From contig JAAOMT010000176.1 in NCBI GenBank assembly GCA_016748015.1, positions 549,436 to 613,435 on the forward strand: a DNA stretch of 64,000 nt, read 5' to 3'. The first letter of the stretch is position 1. The number at the start of each line of letters is the position of its first letter. Below the pieces are notes generated by a model. It worked only from the letters and a program-made list of their open reading frames with translations. It was not told the origin of the DNA and made no database searches. Shown here one piece after another: positions 25,051 to 39,851 of the stretch. Source of the DNA: Geosiphon pyriformis uo1 (Eukaryota > Fungi > Glomeromycota). The position numbers were made by a program, and so were the translations under genes.

Positions 25051-26024
25051 ATGTCAAAAATTATCTTTGAACTTCCAGAAATTAACCTATTAGCTGTCGA
25101 CTTATCCGCTCCTGACACTTTTCGATCTCTTGGTACGGGAAAATGGTTGGAGCTAGAAGAAATCTGCTACACTGACCCAAAGGCCAATGTAAAGAGATTG
25201 TGGGAAGTCTGCCGTCGAAAAAAAACTACTATTGAATCCAAAACTCGGGTAGAAAATATTGATGGTACCTGCTATTATTTATTATTTATTCATATATTCG
25301 ATATATAAAAAACTAATTCATAAAGGTCGAATATTCAGCTATAGATGTACACGCAATAATTCGTTCGCCTGAATTACCACCAACAATAATTTTGGTGATT
25401 CAATATCGTCCAGCTTTGGGACAGTACACCGTAGAATTTCCCTCCGGTAAGTTTCTAGGCTCTCATAGCAATGGAATCCCTTACATAGGTTCTAGAATAC
25501 TTTGTCAATTTTAAGGATTAATTGACTCAGGTGAAACTGCAGAAACCGCAGCACTCCGTGAACTTCGCGAGGAAACAGGATATGTTGGGATAGTTAAATA
25601 TATCTCGGATCCTATATGCTATGAACCAGGTTTGACTGATTCAAAAACTAAAATAGTTCATGTCGAAGTATGAATTTTCAAAATAAATTTGATTTTAATG
25701 AATTTTTTTGTTTTCTCACAAGACAATAATTTTTTTTTTCTAGATTGACATCACTTTGCGTGAAAATTTAAATCTACAACAATCACTTGAAGATGACGAA
25801 TGGAGTCTCCAAGTGATTAAGGTTGCCTTGCCAAATCTTTACCAGGTTTTACAAGGCAAGAGAAAATTATATTTTGAAGTTTCGATCTAATGTCTATAAA
25901 TATTCATCTTGAATTTTGATACCAAAAATCTTTAGGTCTTCAGAAAAAACATGAAAATTTGTCCATTGATAGCAGATTGTATGCATATGCATTTGGTTTA
26001 CATATGGCTAATAATTTTCTTTAA
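25051..26024 (+). CDS. Nudix hydrolase, ADP-ribose pyrophosphatase (Ysa1/NUDT5-like), six exons
   Basis: GKWLELEEICYTDP, IQYRPALGQYTVEFPS, Nudix box GLIDSGETAETAALRELREETGY, and C-terminal IDSRLYAYAFGL. Confidence 0.9.
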
Positions 26025-28215
26025 AGTATGAACGATTTATAAAGCAAAAATAGCAAAAATATTTTATTTAAATGATTGTGTTCATCAGTTTTCAGGATTT
26101 CAAGGTTTCAAGATTGTTTTATTAGAAATATTGAATTAACTAAATTATACGAAAATAATCTTAATTTAAATAATTAAAATATTATTTATAAAATAAATTG
26201 TTATTAATTATTTAAAAATTAATATTTTATTTAATTATTTAATTTATGCTATATTATGAAATATTGATTTTATGCTAACATTATATATATTACTATTATT
26301 ATTATTATTATTATAATTATTATTATTATTAAAAATAGATTGTGAATATAACAAATAAGTATTACCTAAGTTGCAATTAATTGTATTTATATATTTTGAA
26401 GTTGCAACCTATTAAGATGTCATCATTAATTAATTATATAATTATATTATATAGGTATATTTATTGATTATTTTAACTATAATTTATTTTAATTCAAATT
26501 TTAATTATATAAAACAAACCAGATGGCTGGTCACGTGTAAAAAAATCATGAGGTGCGTTTAATATGGAACATGTATATTTAAATAGCATTTAAAAAAAGA
26601 AACCTTTTTATTTTTAAATTAACAGTATGTAAATATATTTAAATAATAATAATAATAATAATCATAATAATAGTAATTTATTATTTTTTAACCAATTAAT
26701 TAAATATTTATTCAACAAATTTTTTTATGATTCAAATATTCAAAAATCAAATTTTTATATTGTTTAAGAACTGAAAAAAGTATAATAAATTTTATTTTAT
26801 CACTATCGATAATTGCTATTTTGTGTAATTTAAAGTAATTATTGTTGATTATTTTATTTTGTTATTTCTCTATTCTTTTATATATTATAAAATAAATGTT
26901 AAAATACTAATTTAACAGCATATTTGGATTGCTATTTTCGATCAAAAATTACGGCAGTAATACCTGTTTAAAATTGATGAACTGCGTTTATTTATTTACT
27001 ATTCTCCGAATAAACTGGTTCTATGGCGCTAATATCCGAGTATAATTTAATTGGGAAATTATTTAACTGGGAAATTATTTAACTGTACAACAATGAAGGA
27101 TATGATTATGCAGGATTCTGTCCTGCGTTCATTTAAGTTAATAAAACAACAAACAAATCTATTTATTAATTTAAAGATGCGTTATAGACTGCACATGCAG
27201 AAACTTCTTTACATCATCGTGCGTTATGGCATAATTTTATCGACATAATTAAAGGTAACAAACTAATGCGTCTGTCAAAAATTTGTGTAAGGTTACTTAG
27301 CAATGAACGGGCTATTCCTTATATGAAAAGATTTTTCTGTATACCATATTTTTTTCGCCAAGAAATCATCAAGAAACTAAGGCGCCCATTAGGAGCCTCT
27401 GAAAAGCCACGTCCCTAACATGACAAAATTATTCCACTTGATTTAATAGGTTGACTGAGAGAAAGGCACAGGCTTTTTTTTTGCATCTCAAATTCGAAAA
27501 ATGATTTTTAATATTTGAGTATGGGATCGAATTTTATGGACGGATCTAATAGTCTGTTAAGGTTCAAATTATAAAGGGAAAAAGCCTATTCAACAGGCAT
27601 CTCCTTCAGACACGAATTCGATAAGCCTTTACCGCCTACACTGTCTGCCCAGATTTCGTAAGATTGGGAATTTCAGATTAAGATTCTATCATAAAAACTA
27701 TATATATATATATATATTATAATCTCTGTACAAAATAAATGGAACATGGCAAAGGGGATATTAAGAGAGTTGGGTGCAGCGAAATTATTCACTAATTGAA
27801 ATATTACTTTATAAAAATGCGCGGAATCCAATTTAAAGGAAACCATTTTTGATGAAAAATTGAAAGAAAACTTCACAAAAAATAAATACAAAAAGTACAA
27901 AGGAATGGTGAAAAAGGAAGCATTGAAGATATAGGCAGGCGATAGGTAGGGATTAATGACCACCTCTCTTCCTGGTTTCAAATACCAGTTCTTAATAATT
28001 CTTCTCTCACAATACAAAAATTTTTCGAAATTATTGAATTATGTAATTGTCTCTCTCATCGATATCCTGGTCGATTTTGTCCTTTCGTGCAACCTTTTCA
28101 TCTTTTCTACATTCGCTCAATGCGAAATAAATATAAATAAATATGAAATTCAAAATTTATAGCACTAAAATATACTCGGTGAATTCTCTAGAGGAATATC
28201 CCACAAAAAAGAAAA

Positions 28216-31200
28216 TTATATAAACCCATCCAACCTTTGTTCAACCTCTTGTGGGAATAAGCGTTCAGTGTTCTGAATTATATATTCAACAACAGAATTT
28301 TTGAGATTCATGTCAAGAATTTCGGTATTTGCGTTTGGACCACGTAAAAGGGTAGGACCAAAAACTACAGCAAGGTTCTTGGCAGTCATAAGATTTTCTG
28401 ATGCATTTGATTTCACTCTATTATAAAAATCAAAAATGAGTAAAACTAGATAAGTTAATTGGAAAAATTTAATCTTATTACCTGTACAAATGATGCATCA
28501 AATATTTAAGAGTAACGTAGTTCTCTTTGGGCAACTGTGATAACAATTGAAAAAACTTTTCATGTTTCTCTTCTGTACTGTTTAATGCTAAGAAATATTA
28601 AGAATCAAGTGTCATTAGCAAAATAATGAAAAAGGATTCAAAATTTTCATTCCAAAAGAGAGTCATGATACGCACAAAGAGCTTCCAAGAACTTTGAATA
28701 GAGATCAAAGGTGAATAGGGGATTGGGAAGTTGGCGGAAATATTGTTTAAGAACGCTTGTCACAGCGCCAATATCATTAAATTCATTCGGATCGCTAAGA
28801 TTTAAGTCCTCCCCATTTTCGAAGGCGGTCACAATGGTGCGCATTTGCGAGGCCCCACCAGATTTTCGATAAATTCCTTCGAAATCCATACCTTCGAAAA
28901 AAATTCATCCAGTCGTGATTTTAATCGAGTTTCAGGAAGAACAACAAAGAAATTCAAAAAAAACGAAAAGATTCATTACCTCGTGCCTCAACAGCCTTTA
29001 TACATTTCTGGACCAAATAAGGCACTATTCTTCCTTCCAGCTCTAATTGTTTCACCAAATCATTTCCAAACATTGAAGCTGTAGTCAAATTTATAATGCT
29101 ATCGAAATCATTGTCTGCGTTGATGTCGGGAGTACCCAGACAATTTGTATTTATCAAGGTAGAACATTTTGTATGGCTACAAACCCCACATACTGGATTT
29201 TATTTTTGGATACTAGTAATTAATTTCATAAAGTTGAATACATATAAAACGAAATATCAAATCAAAAATTTCTTACCGCTGCACCGTGTTTCAGTTAGCC
29301 CCCACATTTTTTCTTGGCAATGTTCACATTTAATTGGTCGCAAAAAGGAAGTTTGCTGCCAATTATGCGCTCGGGGAGAAGATGACTCATTGGAAGCTTT
29401 CTTTTGTTCCTGATTTAAGACTCCCAAGCTTGCCATTTTTTTATGTGAGAGATCTGTGCGACCCTCAGAACGAACTTCAGAACGATTGTCTAAAGAATTT
29501 GGGGGTGATGGTTTTGATAAAGAATTTAAAGGTGAAATAACCCCATTTGTGTTTGTGTTGGTTTTGTGGTCAGTAATTGGGTTATTGTTGGTGGAAAGAA
29601 GCTTGTTAAATTTTTTCCATTTGAATTTTTTTGGAGCTTCTGCACGACTGATACTATTACGCTGAACAAGCTTTGTCATAGAGACCTGATGCGTAACTTC
29701 GTTATTTTGGGGATCAAGGCTGTGAACCGAACCACCTGGGGAATGCCCTGGACTATTAAAAGGAGCTTGAACGGCGTTGTTCGATTCTGAATATCCGGTT
29801 GTAATCGATGTTTTGTTTCCCCGAAAGAAGTTAAACCCATTATGATTGGTTTTAACTCTGGAATTAGTATCAATCTGACGGGTCAATTCATTGTTCAATT
29901 CTGCGAGCTCCAAATTCTTCGCATTTAGGTTTTGAGCTTCCTCAATATACTGGTCACGTATGCTGAGAAGCTGGTCAGTTTCTTGTTTCAGCGCGTCACG
30001 TTGCGACTGTAAAAGAATAATGTCAGAAAGATAGCCCTGTTTAACTTGATCAAGATGAGTAGATATATGTCTTGCGAGTGAAACTGGAAGATCACGGTGT
30101 GAATCCTTGCTAGAAGGTAAACTAAAATTTTTGCAGATTACAAAGTGAGGAATTAAAATACAAAATATAAAAATCTAATAACAGTACAAACCTGCCAAGA
30201 CCAGCTTGTTTTTCTTTAACCAGGCCTTCTATTTCCTTGATTACTAATTCTTTTTGCACATTCAATTCCTTTAGACCTTGCTTCATCTCTTCTAATTCTT
30301 GTTTTACAAGTTTAGAATCTTTAACCATCTGGACCATTTCTTCTTTTTCTTTGGCCAAAGCAGACATTTGGCGAGATTGTAAAGCCAACTGAACACGCAA
30401 TTTATCAACGTTGGATTCAGCCTCTTTTCGTAAAGTAACTTCTTTATCATACTCTTCATTATATTCATCAAACGCTAATTGACTGACTCGCTGTTTAGAG
30501 AAAGGTAAAAGATAATTTTAGCATTAAGAAAATAGAATCCTTATTATCATTATCTTTAAAATACCTTAATCTTCCGAAGTTTATTCTCAGCCTCAGCTAG
30601 GTTTTTTTGCGATAATATTAACTCCTGTTTCAGTTCTCCTACTTCAGAATTGTCGTATTCAATAGTGACAGTAGGGACTAAACTTTCTCTACCAGAGGAA
30701 TTTATTGAAGAATCACTATTCTTCCTATCTGATTTAGGTGTTGACAAGGGAGAAGAGTCAGATGTTTTATCATCACACTCTTTAACTTTATTAGATACTG
30801 AAGCTTTTTCATCAGAGCTAACAATCCTTGACCGACGTTTTTTATTACGAGTGGAAAAGCTCCTATCAAGTTTAACGTTCGCCAACAACTTTGATAACTC
30901 ATCATCATCATCATCATCACTATTTGTAAAAGATAATGGTGGCAGCAGTGGTGGGCCAGCCTCAATACTTGAGCTGGTATTAGGGTTAGCTATGTATGAC
31001 AATACCTCAAAACCATCAGTTGTCGAAGAAGGCGGACTAGTAGGGGAAGTAGAAGGTGGAGTGGGAGGTGATGCAGATCTCGGTGAAGAAGGTGAAGGAG
31101 AACGAGAGCGTGGACTAGAATGGGTCGGGCTTTGTTGTGTTGGACTTCTCTGAGTTGGTGTTGTCTCATGTGAAATTCCGTTTGAATTACTTTCAAATGC

Positions 31201-32898
31201 AGGAAAATTTTCTTCAATATTGGGTAAACTATGTTGAACAGCATGGTGAATAAAATTTGGAGATTTGGTTTTCCGATGTGAAGATGACCCTATTTTACGA
31301 TTAATGATATCGCCTTGATTACGATCATTTGGGTGATTTGAAACAAGAGTATGATTTTTTGAAAAACTATCTGACAGATCACTTCTTTGGCTGGAAAGTG
31401 AAAATGAACGGCCAGATGTATCATATGATGGTTCACTCCTGAAACTAGCAATCGAGGAATTTCGGGAATGAGTCTCAGGGATGTCTTCACGATTCCGAGA
31501 GGGCATGATTCTCGAAAAATTGTCTACTGATTCATTTCTTCTGGAAAAAAATCCAGCTCTTTTTGAGGACTCTGATGGGTCTCCACGTGTTTTATATTTA
31601 TCAGAATGATCATTTCGCATATTTCCTGGTTTTGTTGTAAGTTGTTCAAAAGCTTTACTCGCAGGGGTCGTGACTTTATTTTTAAAAACATCCCCAAATG
31701 AGCTTGCATCGAATATTCGAGATTGACGACGGGCAATGCCTGGGCCAGAAGGGGGAAGAGTATGGGGTTTTGTAATATTTTCTGCAGAGGTTTTGGGAGT
31801 AATTTTTGAAGGATTGGCAGGTCGTTCGAAAGATCGTTTGGGATTCACACTACGACTAGGTAGTTGGAGGTTATTGCGCTATAGAGATGCATAAGAATAA
31901 TATCAATTTTCAAATATCAAAAAATTCATGGTGGTTGAACAAACAGATTTTTATCATAATTTTGTATTCTTTTACCTTACGCTCTTGCGGAAGGGATGGT
32001 AATGATTTTTCAAATGAAGTTTGCGGTATAAGTACACTGTTTTCTTTTTCTTTTTCTTTTGCTCGTCTGACTCTATTTACTCTTTCGTTATGACAAGACA
32101 TACAACATATTCCCTAAAAAAAGACGAAGAAATATATCAATACATTTGAAAGGTAGAATATATTCAAGTATTAATTTTTTTAATGCAAAATACCTGACTT
32201 GTTTTAGCGAAAACTAGATCATCAATTTTTCGATGACATTGTCGACAACGAAAGCATTCCACGTGAAATGATTCATCCCCTTGATAAAATATTAATAAAT
32301 TTGTTAATAATCTATATGTAATGCTTTTCTTATCGGTATTTTTATGAATTATTCATTAGAATATGCTACAGAAAATGTCAGATTCCTTTTTCTCGCTTCC
32401 AAATTTATTCCTATCCGAGAATTCGGATTCGAAAAAATGAGGTTGCATACTAACCTGTCATTATAGCCTCATCCAGAATTGGCTTTTTGCAGACATGGCA
32501 ATTATACGAGCAGTTTTCGCATATCGGGTTACCATCCGACAATAATAATAAATTTGAATCATGCTCTACCAAATTGTGGCATTTCGCACACCGAAAACTG
32601 ATCAATACAACGTCAGAACAGTCATTAACGAATAAGAAGGTGTTTACAAGAAATATTAATTTAGACAATTAAAAATTAGTTTGGTTTTTGGTGACTTGTT
32701 AAAGAGGATTGGGAAAAGTGTTGGTTTTGAATATAACTAGAACTGTATTGCCGGTAAGGGCATAAGCTTTTACCATTGTACATGCCATATGCCTTCACCA
32801 AAGGCTACGACATTACCCTCTTCAATGATCAAACAGCACCCCATGCAGCAAGGGTCGACTGTTTCCTCGTCATCAAAACCCATGCTACTCTCAGCCAT
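28216..32898 (-). CDS. Rho GTPase-activating protein with N-terminal LIM domains, a coiled coil, a C1 domain and a RhoGAP domain (Rga1/Rga2-like)
   Basis: LIM: CMGC...WHVQCFRCAKC...CENCSYNCHVC...FHVECFRCRQC. C1: HNWQQTSFLRPIKCEHCQEKMWG. GAP: EGIYRKSG, LKQYFRQLPNPL, NLMTAKNLAVVFGPTL. Multiple GT-AG introns. Confidence 0.93.
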
Positions 32899-33570
32899 TA
32901 GGGGTTTGGTATGGATGAACAAAGATGACAACCTCAGATAGTCGTGGAAATAACGCGAATTCTTGGTAAGACGGGAGTATTTTTGTATTGAGAGGAATAT
33001 GTTAAAGGGAAATATTCAAAAAATGAAAAGTTCGTGAATCTTTGAAACTCGTGACGAGAAAGGAAACGCAATGTTAATTAGAAAAATGAAAGAATAAGAT
33101 CTTTTTTATTATATTTATCGTTATTGAAGAAAAGAATAAGGTGTACCAAAGCGCAACATGTATATTTACAGTAACAGTACTTTTAAAAACACAATTTTTG
33201 ACTTTGGATGCGCGTAACGGTAAACGTGAAAAACGTTTATGAAACAATAACACAAAAATCCCAGAAACATCAAAACGAATTGTTTCCATTCATAGCCATG
33301 TAACTAGATTCTACTCCAGCTATCTAACACGATCTACACCGCAGACGCTCATTGGTTGATCGTGAGCAGTTTTCCGGGGAAAATTTATTTGAAAAAAGTA
33401 TCCTCACACCTTTTGCTATAATTAGAATTCACAGCTAATTAACCCAACACTAAGAACTTTGGCCTTTTAAGTTCCATCAAAATGATACCTAATACGGTTT
33501 GTATAAAGCTTTCCCCGAAAACCAGTTTTTGCTATAAATTTAAAACCCAACTTTGACCCTCAAAATTTAT

Positions 33571-35156
33571 ATGTCAAAGGCAGAAACATATCAACCTAGC
33601 CCCTTATTTTTTGAAGATCAAGTTTTTGATTTGGCTTTTCACCCACAAGAAGATATAATTGCAGCGGGTCTTATTACTGGCGAAATTTTTTGGTAAATTT
33701 TCAAAGTGATTCACAGTATAAGTCAAAGCTCATAATTTTTATATAAACGAGTTCTTTAGCTATAAATATGCCAAAGACCTTAATACGGCAAATGAAAACT
33801 TATTTCATATACGTCCCCATCGAAAATCGTGTCGGGGACTTGAATTCAATCACCAAGGAAACGGTAAAGATGGAAGAGTAAGAATGCTTCCATGTGTAGG
33901 GAACTTCAATGATTAGCTAATTGCCGATCAAATGCAAGCCTTGTATAGTGTGTCAAAGGACAAATCAATTCAAGTAATTGATGCACTTACCGGCATAATT
34001 TTCATCAGGAAGGCTGATGCCCACGAGTAAGTTGGTCAACTTTATTCATTACGAATTGTCCAATAATTCAAACTATAAATAAATTGCATAGCGAGCCTAT
34101 CAATTGTGTTCGGCGATTGAACGAACAGTTACTTGCAACTGGCGACGATGGAGGTGTTATCAAGGAATGTTGTGCATGATTGTTATTTTTGTTTATGGTT
34201 TTCAAACACTTATTAAATTGCTTTATCCTACTTACCAGTTATGGGATATAAGACAAGGTAATGAAATTATGGAGTACTCCGAGCACGAAGATTTTATTTC
34301 AGATTTTGCATTCAGTCAAGAAAGCAAAACACTGTTAGCAACGAGGTAAACTATTTTTTTAATTTCTAAATTGTGCTTTTGGTAATTGTATTTTCACTTT
34401 TTTAATATTCATATCGTACATTTACGTTCAGTGGAGATGGTGCGTTGTCAGTATATGACATAAGACGACCAAACTTAGTCGCCATGTCAGATAATCAAGA
34501 GGATGAATTGTTATCCATTGCTATTGTGAAAGTAAGATTATTTGGTTTGAATTTGATTTAAAACATATTGATATATGGATAATTTGAATTTTTAGGATGG
34601 TCGCAAGGTTGTTGTTGGATCACAAGAAGGCATTCTAAATTTATTTAGCTGGGGAAATTGGGGAGATATCAGTGATCGCTTTCCTGGACATCCAAATTCA
34701 ATCGATACCATCGTCAAAATAACTGAGGATTTGATTTGTACTGGTTCTAGTGACGGCATTATACGGTTGGTAGAAGCCCGATTATACTTGGGGTTCGTTG
34801 TCGAAGTTCAACTTTAATAATTCTTATAAAAAAAAAACAGCATCGCTGGAATACTTCCAAACAAATTTAAAGGAGTTATTGGTGATCATGAAGACCTCCC
34901 AATAGAACGAATCCGTTTATCCTATGATCAACAATATTTGGCGAGTTGTTCTCACGATAATTCGGTGAAATTTTGGGATGTGGGATTTCTTGTTAATTTG
35001 GAAGACGAATTCGATGATAATTGCAGTGAAGGCGATTCAGGTGCCAATATGGATACTGACGATAGTGATACTGAGGAAGAAACCATACCCAGCCAATTCA
35101 AAAATAATCGTGGTTTAGGGTCAGGCTCTACAAATGGCTTTTTTGCAGATCTTTAA
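33571..35156 (+). CDS. JIP5: WD40-repeat protein of the WDR55/Jip5 family, eight exons
   Basis: VFDLAFHP, HRKSCRGLEF, LATGDDGGVIKLWDIR, EHEDFISDF, SDNQEDELLSI, SDRFPGHPNSID, ASCSHD, acidic tail ending FFADL. Confidence 0.88.
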
Positions 35157-35285
35157 CCAAACAAAAAGATGCCGGAGTCAAAGTAATGTGATTGTTTATC
35201 AGGCGAAACATTTCAATCTCAAAAACCATTTCCTTTTCCTTGAAAGAATTTGCATCATTATTAAAAAAAAATTGTTTTGTGTAAT

Positions 35286-36700
35286 TTATTCTATTATGGT
35301 CAATACACTTTTTCTATTTTTTGCATACACATCTTTATAGGTATTCCAAATATCAAATAGTTCATTAATATATTTCTGTTGAACTTCTAATATATATTCT
35401 TCTGTAGGATTATCATTTTGCTGGACTTCGATTGGCTTGCCAACTGAAAAAAAAATTAAGTGGAAATTTTAATTATAATTGAATTTACAACTTTTTTTTC
35501 GAGTGTCTAAACTTACCAACTGTAACGATAGGCCTCCTATGCGGCAATAACCCCACATCATCTTTAAAAAGAAAATTTTGTGAGATTATTTATGCAATTC
35601 TCTCTTTAGGAACAAAATTCAAATAAACTTACAATTAAAGACCCCTCGACCGTGGGCCAAAGGTAAAGTAAAACCTGCTAGTTTTTGTATTTTTTTTTGG
35701 AGCCTCCATATTATTCCCCCCTTTTCGTTTGAAATTTGTTCCCAAATGTCATTTTCACCGAATGAAAAGACAGGACAAAGTGAAGCACTTAAAAGCAAAA
35801 AGAAACGCGATATTAATTAAACCATATAATATTGAATTCGGGTCGCGGCAAAAGATGTCAGACCTACCCGTTCCGAATAGCAAGCTTGATAAAACCCAGC
35901 CTCTTTTTCAATGTCAAATCATAAACCCCCGGATGAGCACTCAAACTTTCACCAGCCCCGCCAACCACAATTAAGATGGAATTTCCCGGTCCTCCATGTA
36001 AAATGTTTTCGCATGATTGTCGCGAAACTGATGCGAGTCCTTGAGCCATCAAATAATCACGATATAGTGGGATGTTGAAATTTGTGGAAAGAGTCAATAA
36101 ATGAAATTTGATCCCAGGAAACATATCTGAAACATTGTTGGCCTCCGTGGCGAAATTTGTCCAGGCTCCGACAGAGATAACACCATGTGGATGATAACCT
36201 TAAAAAAACGAAACAGAAGGTCAAGTTGAGGATTTTTAAAATTAAATGCCGCTAAAAAAGGCTAAAAGATTCCAAGTCTATGCTTACCCAATACGTAGTT
36301 TTTCGAGGGATCTAATTCGGCTTGCTAAAATAAATTAAAAACAAAGTAATCAAGTGACAATTTTAGTATTTTTTTTCATGATTGATATTTCGCCTGAAAT
36401 ATTAAAATGAAAATTTACTTTAATCAATTTAATCGGGAAATACTCTGAATACCACTTCCAAAAAGAGGCACGTCTTGCGAACTCAAACCTACGCCCCCCG
36501 CTTTCTGGTGCAATATCAAACAAAACAAATAGCAGGTATGCGATAATAAAAGGCCACGTGAAGGCAATGGTGCACGCGATAAAGAATAAAAACAAAGTGA
36601 CAGGTAACGATATCATCCATAAAAAAACAGCAGCGGTTTGACGTCGTCTTTCAAAAGGAACATGCAGAGGTGCAACTCTAATTCTCGGACGGTCAACCAT
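35286..36700 (-). CDS. DGA1: Diacylglycerol O-acyltransferase (DGAT2 family)
   Basis: APLHVPFERRRQT, YFPIKL, GYHPHG, VVGGAGESL, RLGFIKLA, FSFGEND, PLAHGRG, VGKPI. Confidence 0.95.
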
Positions 36701-37251
36701 CTTTATAGTTCGATTTTTGAAAATTTTGAAATTCTATATGTTAAATTACTAATATTTTTTGAAGAGGGAAATATTTGTACAAGCGACTTAATAATATCAA
36801 GTGTAGGGAATCTAAGATTCTTTTACCGAATTTAAAAGAGTTAGAGCTATAAACTACTGAGAGTAGTACTCTATTTATAACGTATCGACCTTTTTAACCT
36901 CTGCAAATGCGCTATTTCTAAACAGGATTTTACATGATAGCGAACATACGGGAGAACGGGATATCCATAAAAGGGACAAAATATAATTTTAGACAAGCAT
37001 TTCATAGATTTCTCTGCAATTCCTGAATAGGAACCTGATGATATCATATGGTCAAAATTTTAGCTTGTAGATTTTCACGAGTTGCGAGATTCAGGTTTTT
37101 TTTGCATCGTTTCGGGTTTTGTTATCAATTATAATATATGGTAGAACAAGATTATAAATCGCGCCTTTAATAGTTAGAGAAGGTAGATCCTAAATTCTTT
37201 ATTCAACCACTTACAACCTAGATAGACCTCTAGTCACGGTGGTGGGATTAA

Positions 37252-39851
37252 TTAATTTTTCCCTTTTTTGTATATATTCCTACGTGCTTCCTCTTCCCTG
37301 ATTTCAAACATCACTTGAACAGCGACAAATATGGCCGCGCAGGAAATTATCAGGAAAAGAAAGCCTAGACAGGAAAAGGGAATGATGATGAAGGCGAAAC
37401 ATAAAATAACATCACGAAAAAAATGAAATTGATTCTATTACCATCAATTGTTAAAAAGATTTGCGTGAGTAAATCAGCAAGCCCATCCAACCCAACTGAA
37501 AATCCAACCAAATTAGCAATCATCATCATCAAAATATTAAAGACTCCACCTGCCGCGCATACATTACGATAATATGGCCATTCGACCCACTAAAAATGTC
37601 CATTAGTTTCATATTCAAAATGTCATTGAGAAAGAACACAAATGAATCTCACCTTTTTTGCCGAGAATACTTTTGCTAGAAAGTTTTCGGGAAGAATAAA
37701 GAGCCATATTAACCATGACCATGCTAACAAATGCATGGATATATCATGCCAAAGAGCTACAAAAGTGAAAACAATTAGTATATTGATGGTAGCATGTTTG
37801 CTTCCGCCAAGTGGTATATAAATATAGCTAAGGTAAAGCTCGATTAATAAGTCAGTACTAGAATGGAAAGAAAAATAAAATCAAAAATGAGAAGCTTTGA
37901 ACCCTACCGAATATTCCATAAATTGAAACTTCGATGCCAGCTTCGCCAAAATCCTTGTGCAGAGTAATTGTTACTCATGCAGCGCGTCATGTTCTCAGCT
38001 ACTTCAATACCATCCGCCATTGCCCAAAATCGGAAAAAACGCCATATTATCAACAACTAAAATTTTAGGTGGTGGTTGAGTTTGAAAACCTGAGCGAATG
38101 CATCGACGATTACTTGTGGTTTGTGTCGTACCTTGAGCCAAATCAACTTCAAATTAAAATAGCCAATCATACTCAATTGAGCTGGCGTATCACCGTCCCA
38201 TGCCCTTGATTTACTTATGGCGACAACGTAAATATAGTGAAGCATAAACTCCATACACAAAATTGCACCTAAAAGTCTGATTCCATATAGTAGGATACTC
38301 CTTGGGCTGATTCTCTGAGGATATCTTAGCTAAAATGGTCAGATAAGAAATTGATTAACCGCGTTGTATAATATATACATGAGTGAAAATTTTTTTATTG
38401 TAATCATTATTGGCTCACCTGAGATATGAAATTATTATATGTTACTATTGGACCAGCAAGATACAAGGGGGTGTACAACACATAACTCAGGTAATAAATG
38501 TAATTATAATCTTCAGCAAAGCAAGATCGATTGATTCTTTCCTTGACCGTGAGTGGGGCGTGGTCTCTATCATTTCTCTAATTTCAAAGTAATTTTGTTT
38601 GGCAAATAAAGCTTACTAATTCAGAACAATAATCAAACATAGACTGGATAACAAAAAATTCACCAGCGCACACCACACGCGATGGTGAAAAATCACTTCC
38701 ATCATGACAGCGATGTGCGAAGAGCAGGATTCCCAGCAAGCGGTGAATATTTTATTATTCAAATCGTAAGACAAAAGGAAGAGTGAATAAATGGATAATT
38801 TACACAAGATTCTCCCAAGATTACCTCAGAAGGCTCTGATGATTCATGAAAAATCCAGTAATAGTCCATGTTATAAGAGATCATGCGTAATGAACACACG
38901 TTAAAGGTTATGAACCATCTCTTTATAATACCGTTATTTGAATCCTATGAAGAAAATTAAATCAACGGAGCTCTGCGAAAAATCAAAGGAGTATTCATCT
39001 GAGAGTAAGGCAATACATACATACCAAGAAAGCCAGCCGTTCGTCAATCATCGTAAAGGTGTATCCCTTATAATGATCATTTAAAAAAAGAAGGGCCAAA
39101 TTGAAAACCCATGTAACGATGATATTGAATCGCGAACCTCTTAATATTTTTGATATACTATAATTCACGGTTAATATTCCTAATATTTTGAGGAGCCCAT
39201 TTCCGTATAATACATAGAGAAAAACGAGGGCAAATAACAAAAAAAAATATGCACGAAAGAGGTGCTGTCCTGGAAGTTTTGATGGTTGTTTAGGAGCTAT
39301 GAAAATCCTATATAGATGACTTAAAAATAGATAACCAAACATTGCTATTGTGAGGATGCCATAATTGTCGCGGAAACTAGCGAATTGTGCATCACTATTA
39401 TCCTAGAAAAATTTTCAGAAATCATTCATATAGGAAATACTGATGAAAAGACTGTTTATTGATAATGAAGTTTGCCTTTACCACTCTACGCCCAAAAATC
39501 CATCCACGTTCAAGCAAGTTATAATATAGTCGATAATTAGGATGTGTATCTGCAAAGATTTGATTCAGTTTGTAAAAATTGAGAAGTTCAACGAAAGCAA
39601 AGCAGCAAAAGAAAATGTGTAAACATCTCACCTTTACTAAGGTCTATAGCGATCTTGAACATCATAGGAACGCAAATGATGAAAACTGCATAATAAAAAT
39701 AAAATTCCAAAGTGTTCCATCGTGACGGGTGTATCTTTGAATTTGAAACTGAAATGCCACGATTGGGTTTAAAGGGAGTTAAAGAGGTATATTTGCTAGA
39801 ACTGTTTTCTTGAGATTTAACTGTGTCTTTCAACTTTATTACAGCGTCCAT
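37252..39851 (-). CDS. GUP1: MBOAT O-acyltransferase, Gup1/HHAT-like, multi-exon
   Basis: [20 protein letters not shown]|[84 protein letters not shown]. Confidence 0.93.

Noticed and set aside
27051-28162. Short ORFs between the Nudix and RhoGAP genes
   Set aside because: No recognisable domains; likely 3' UTR or intergenic sequence.
30650-31153. 167-aa plus-strand ORF and other antisense ORFs within the RhoGAP, SWI3, THR1 and TE regions
   Set aside because: Shadow frames of real genes or TEs with no independent motifs.
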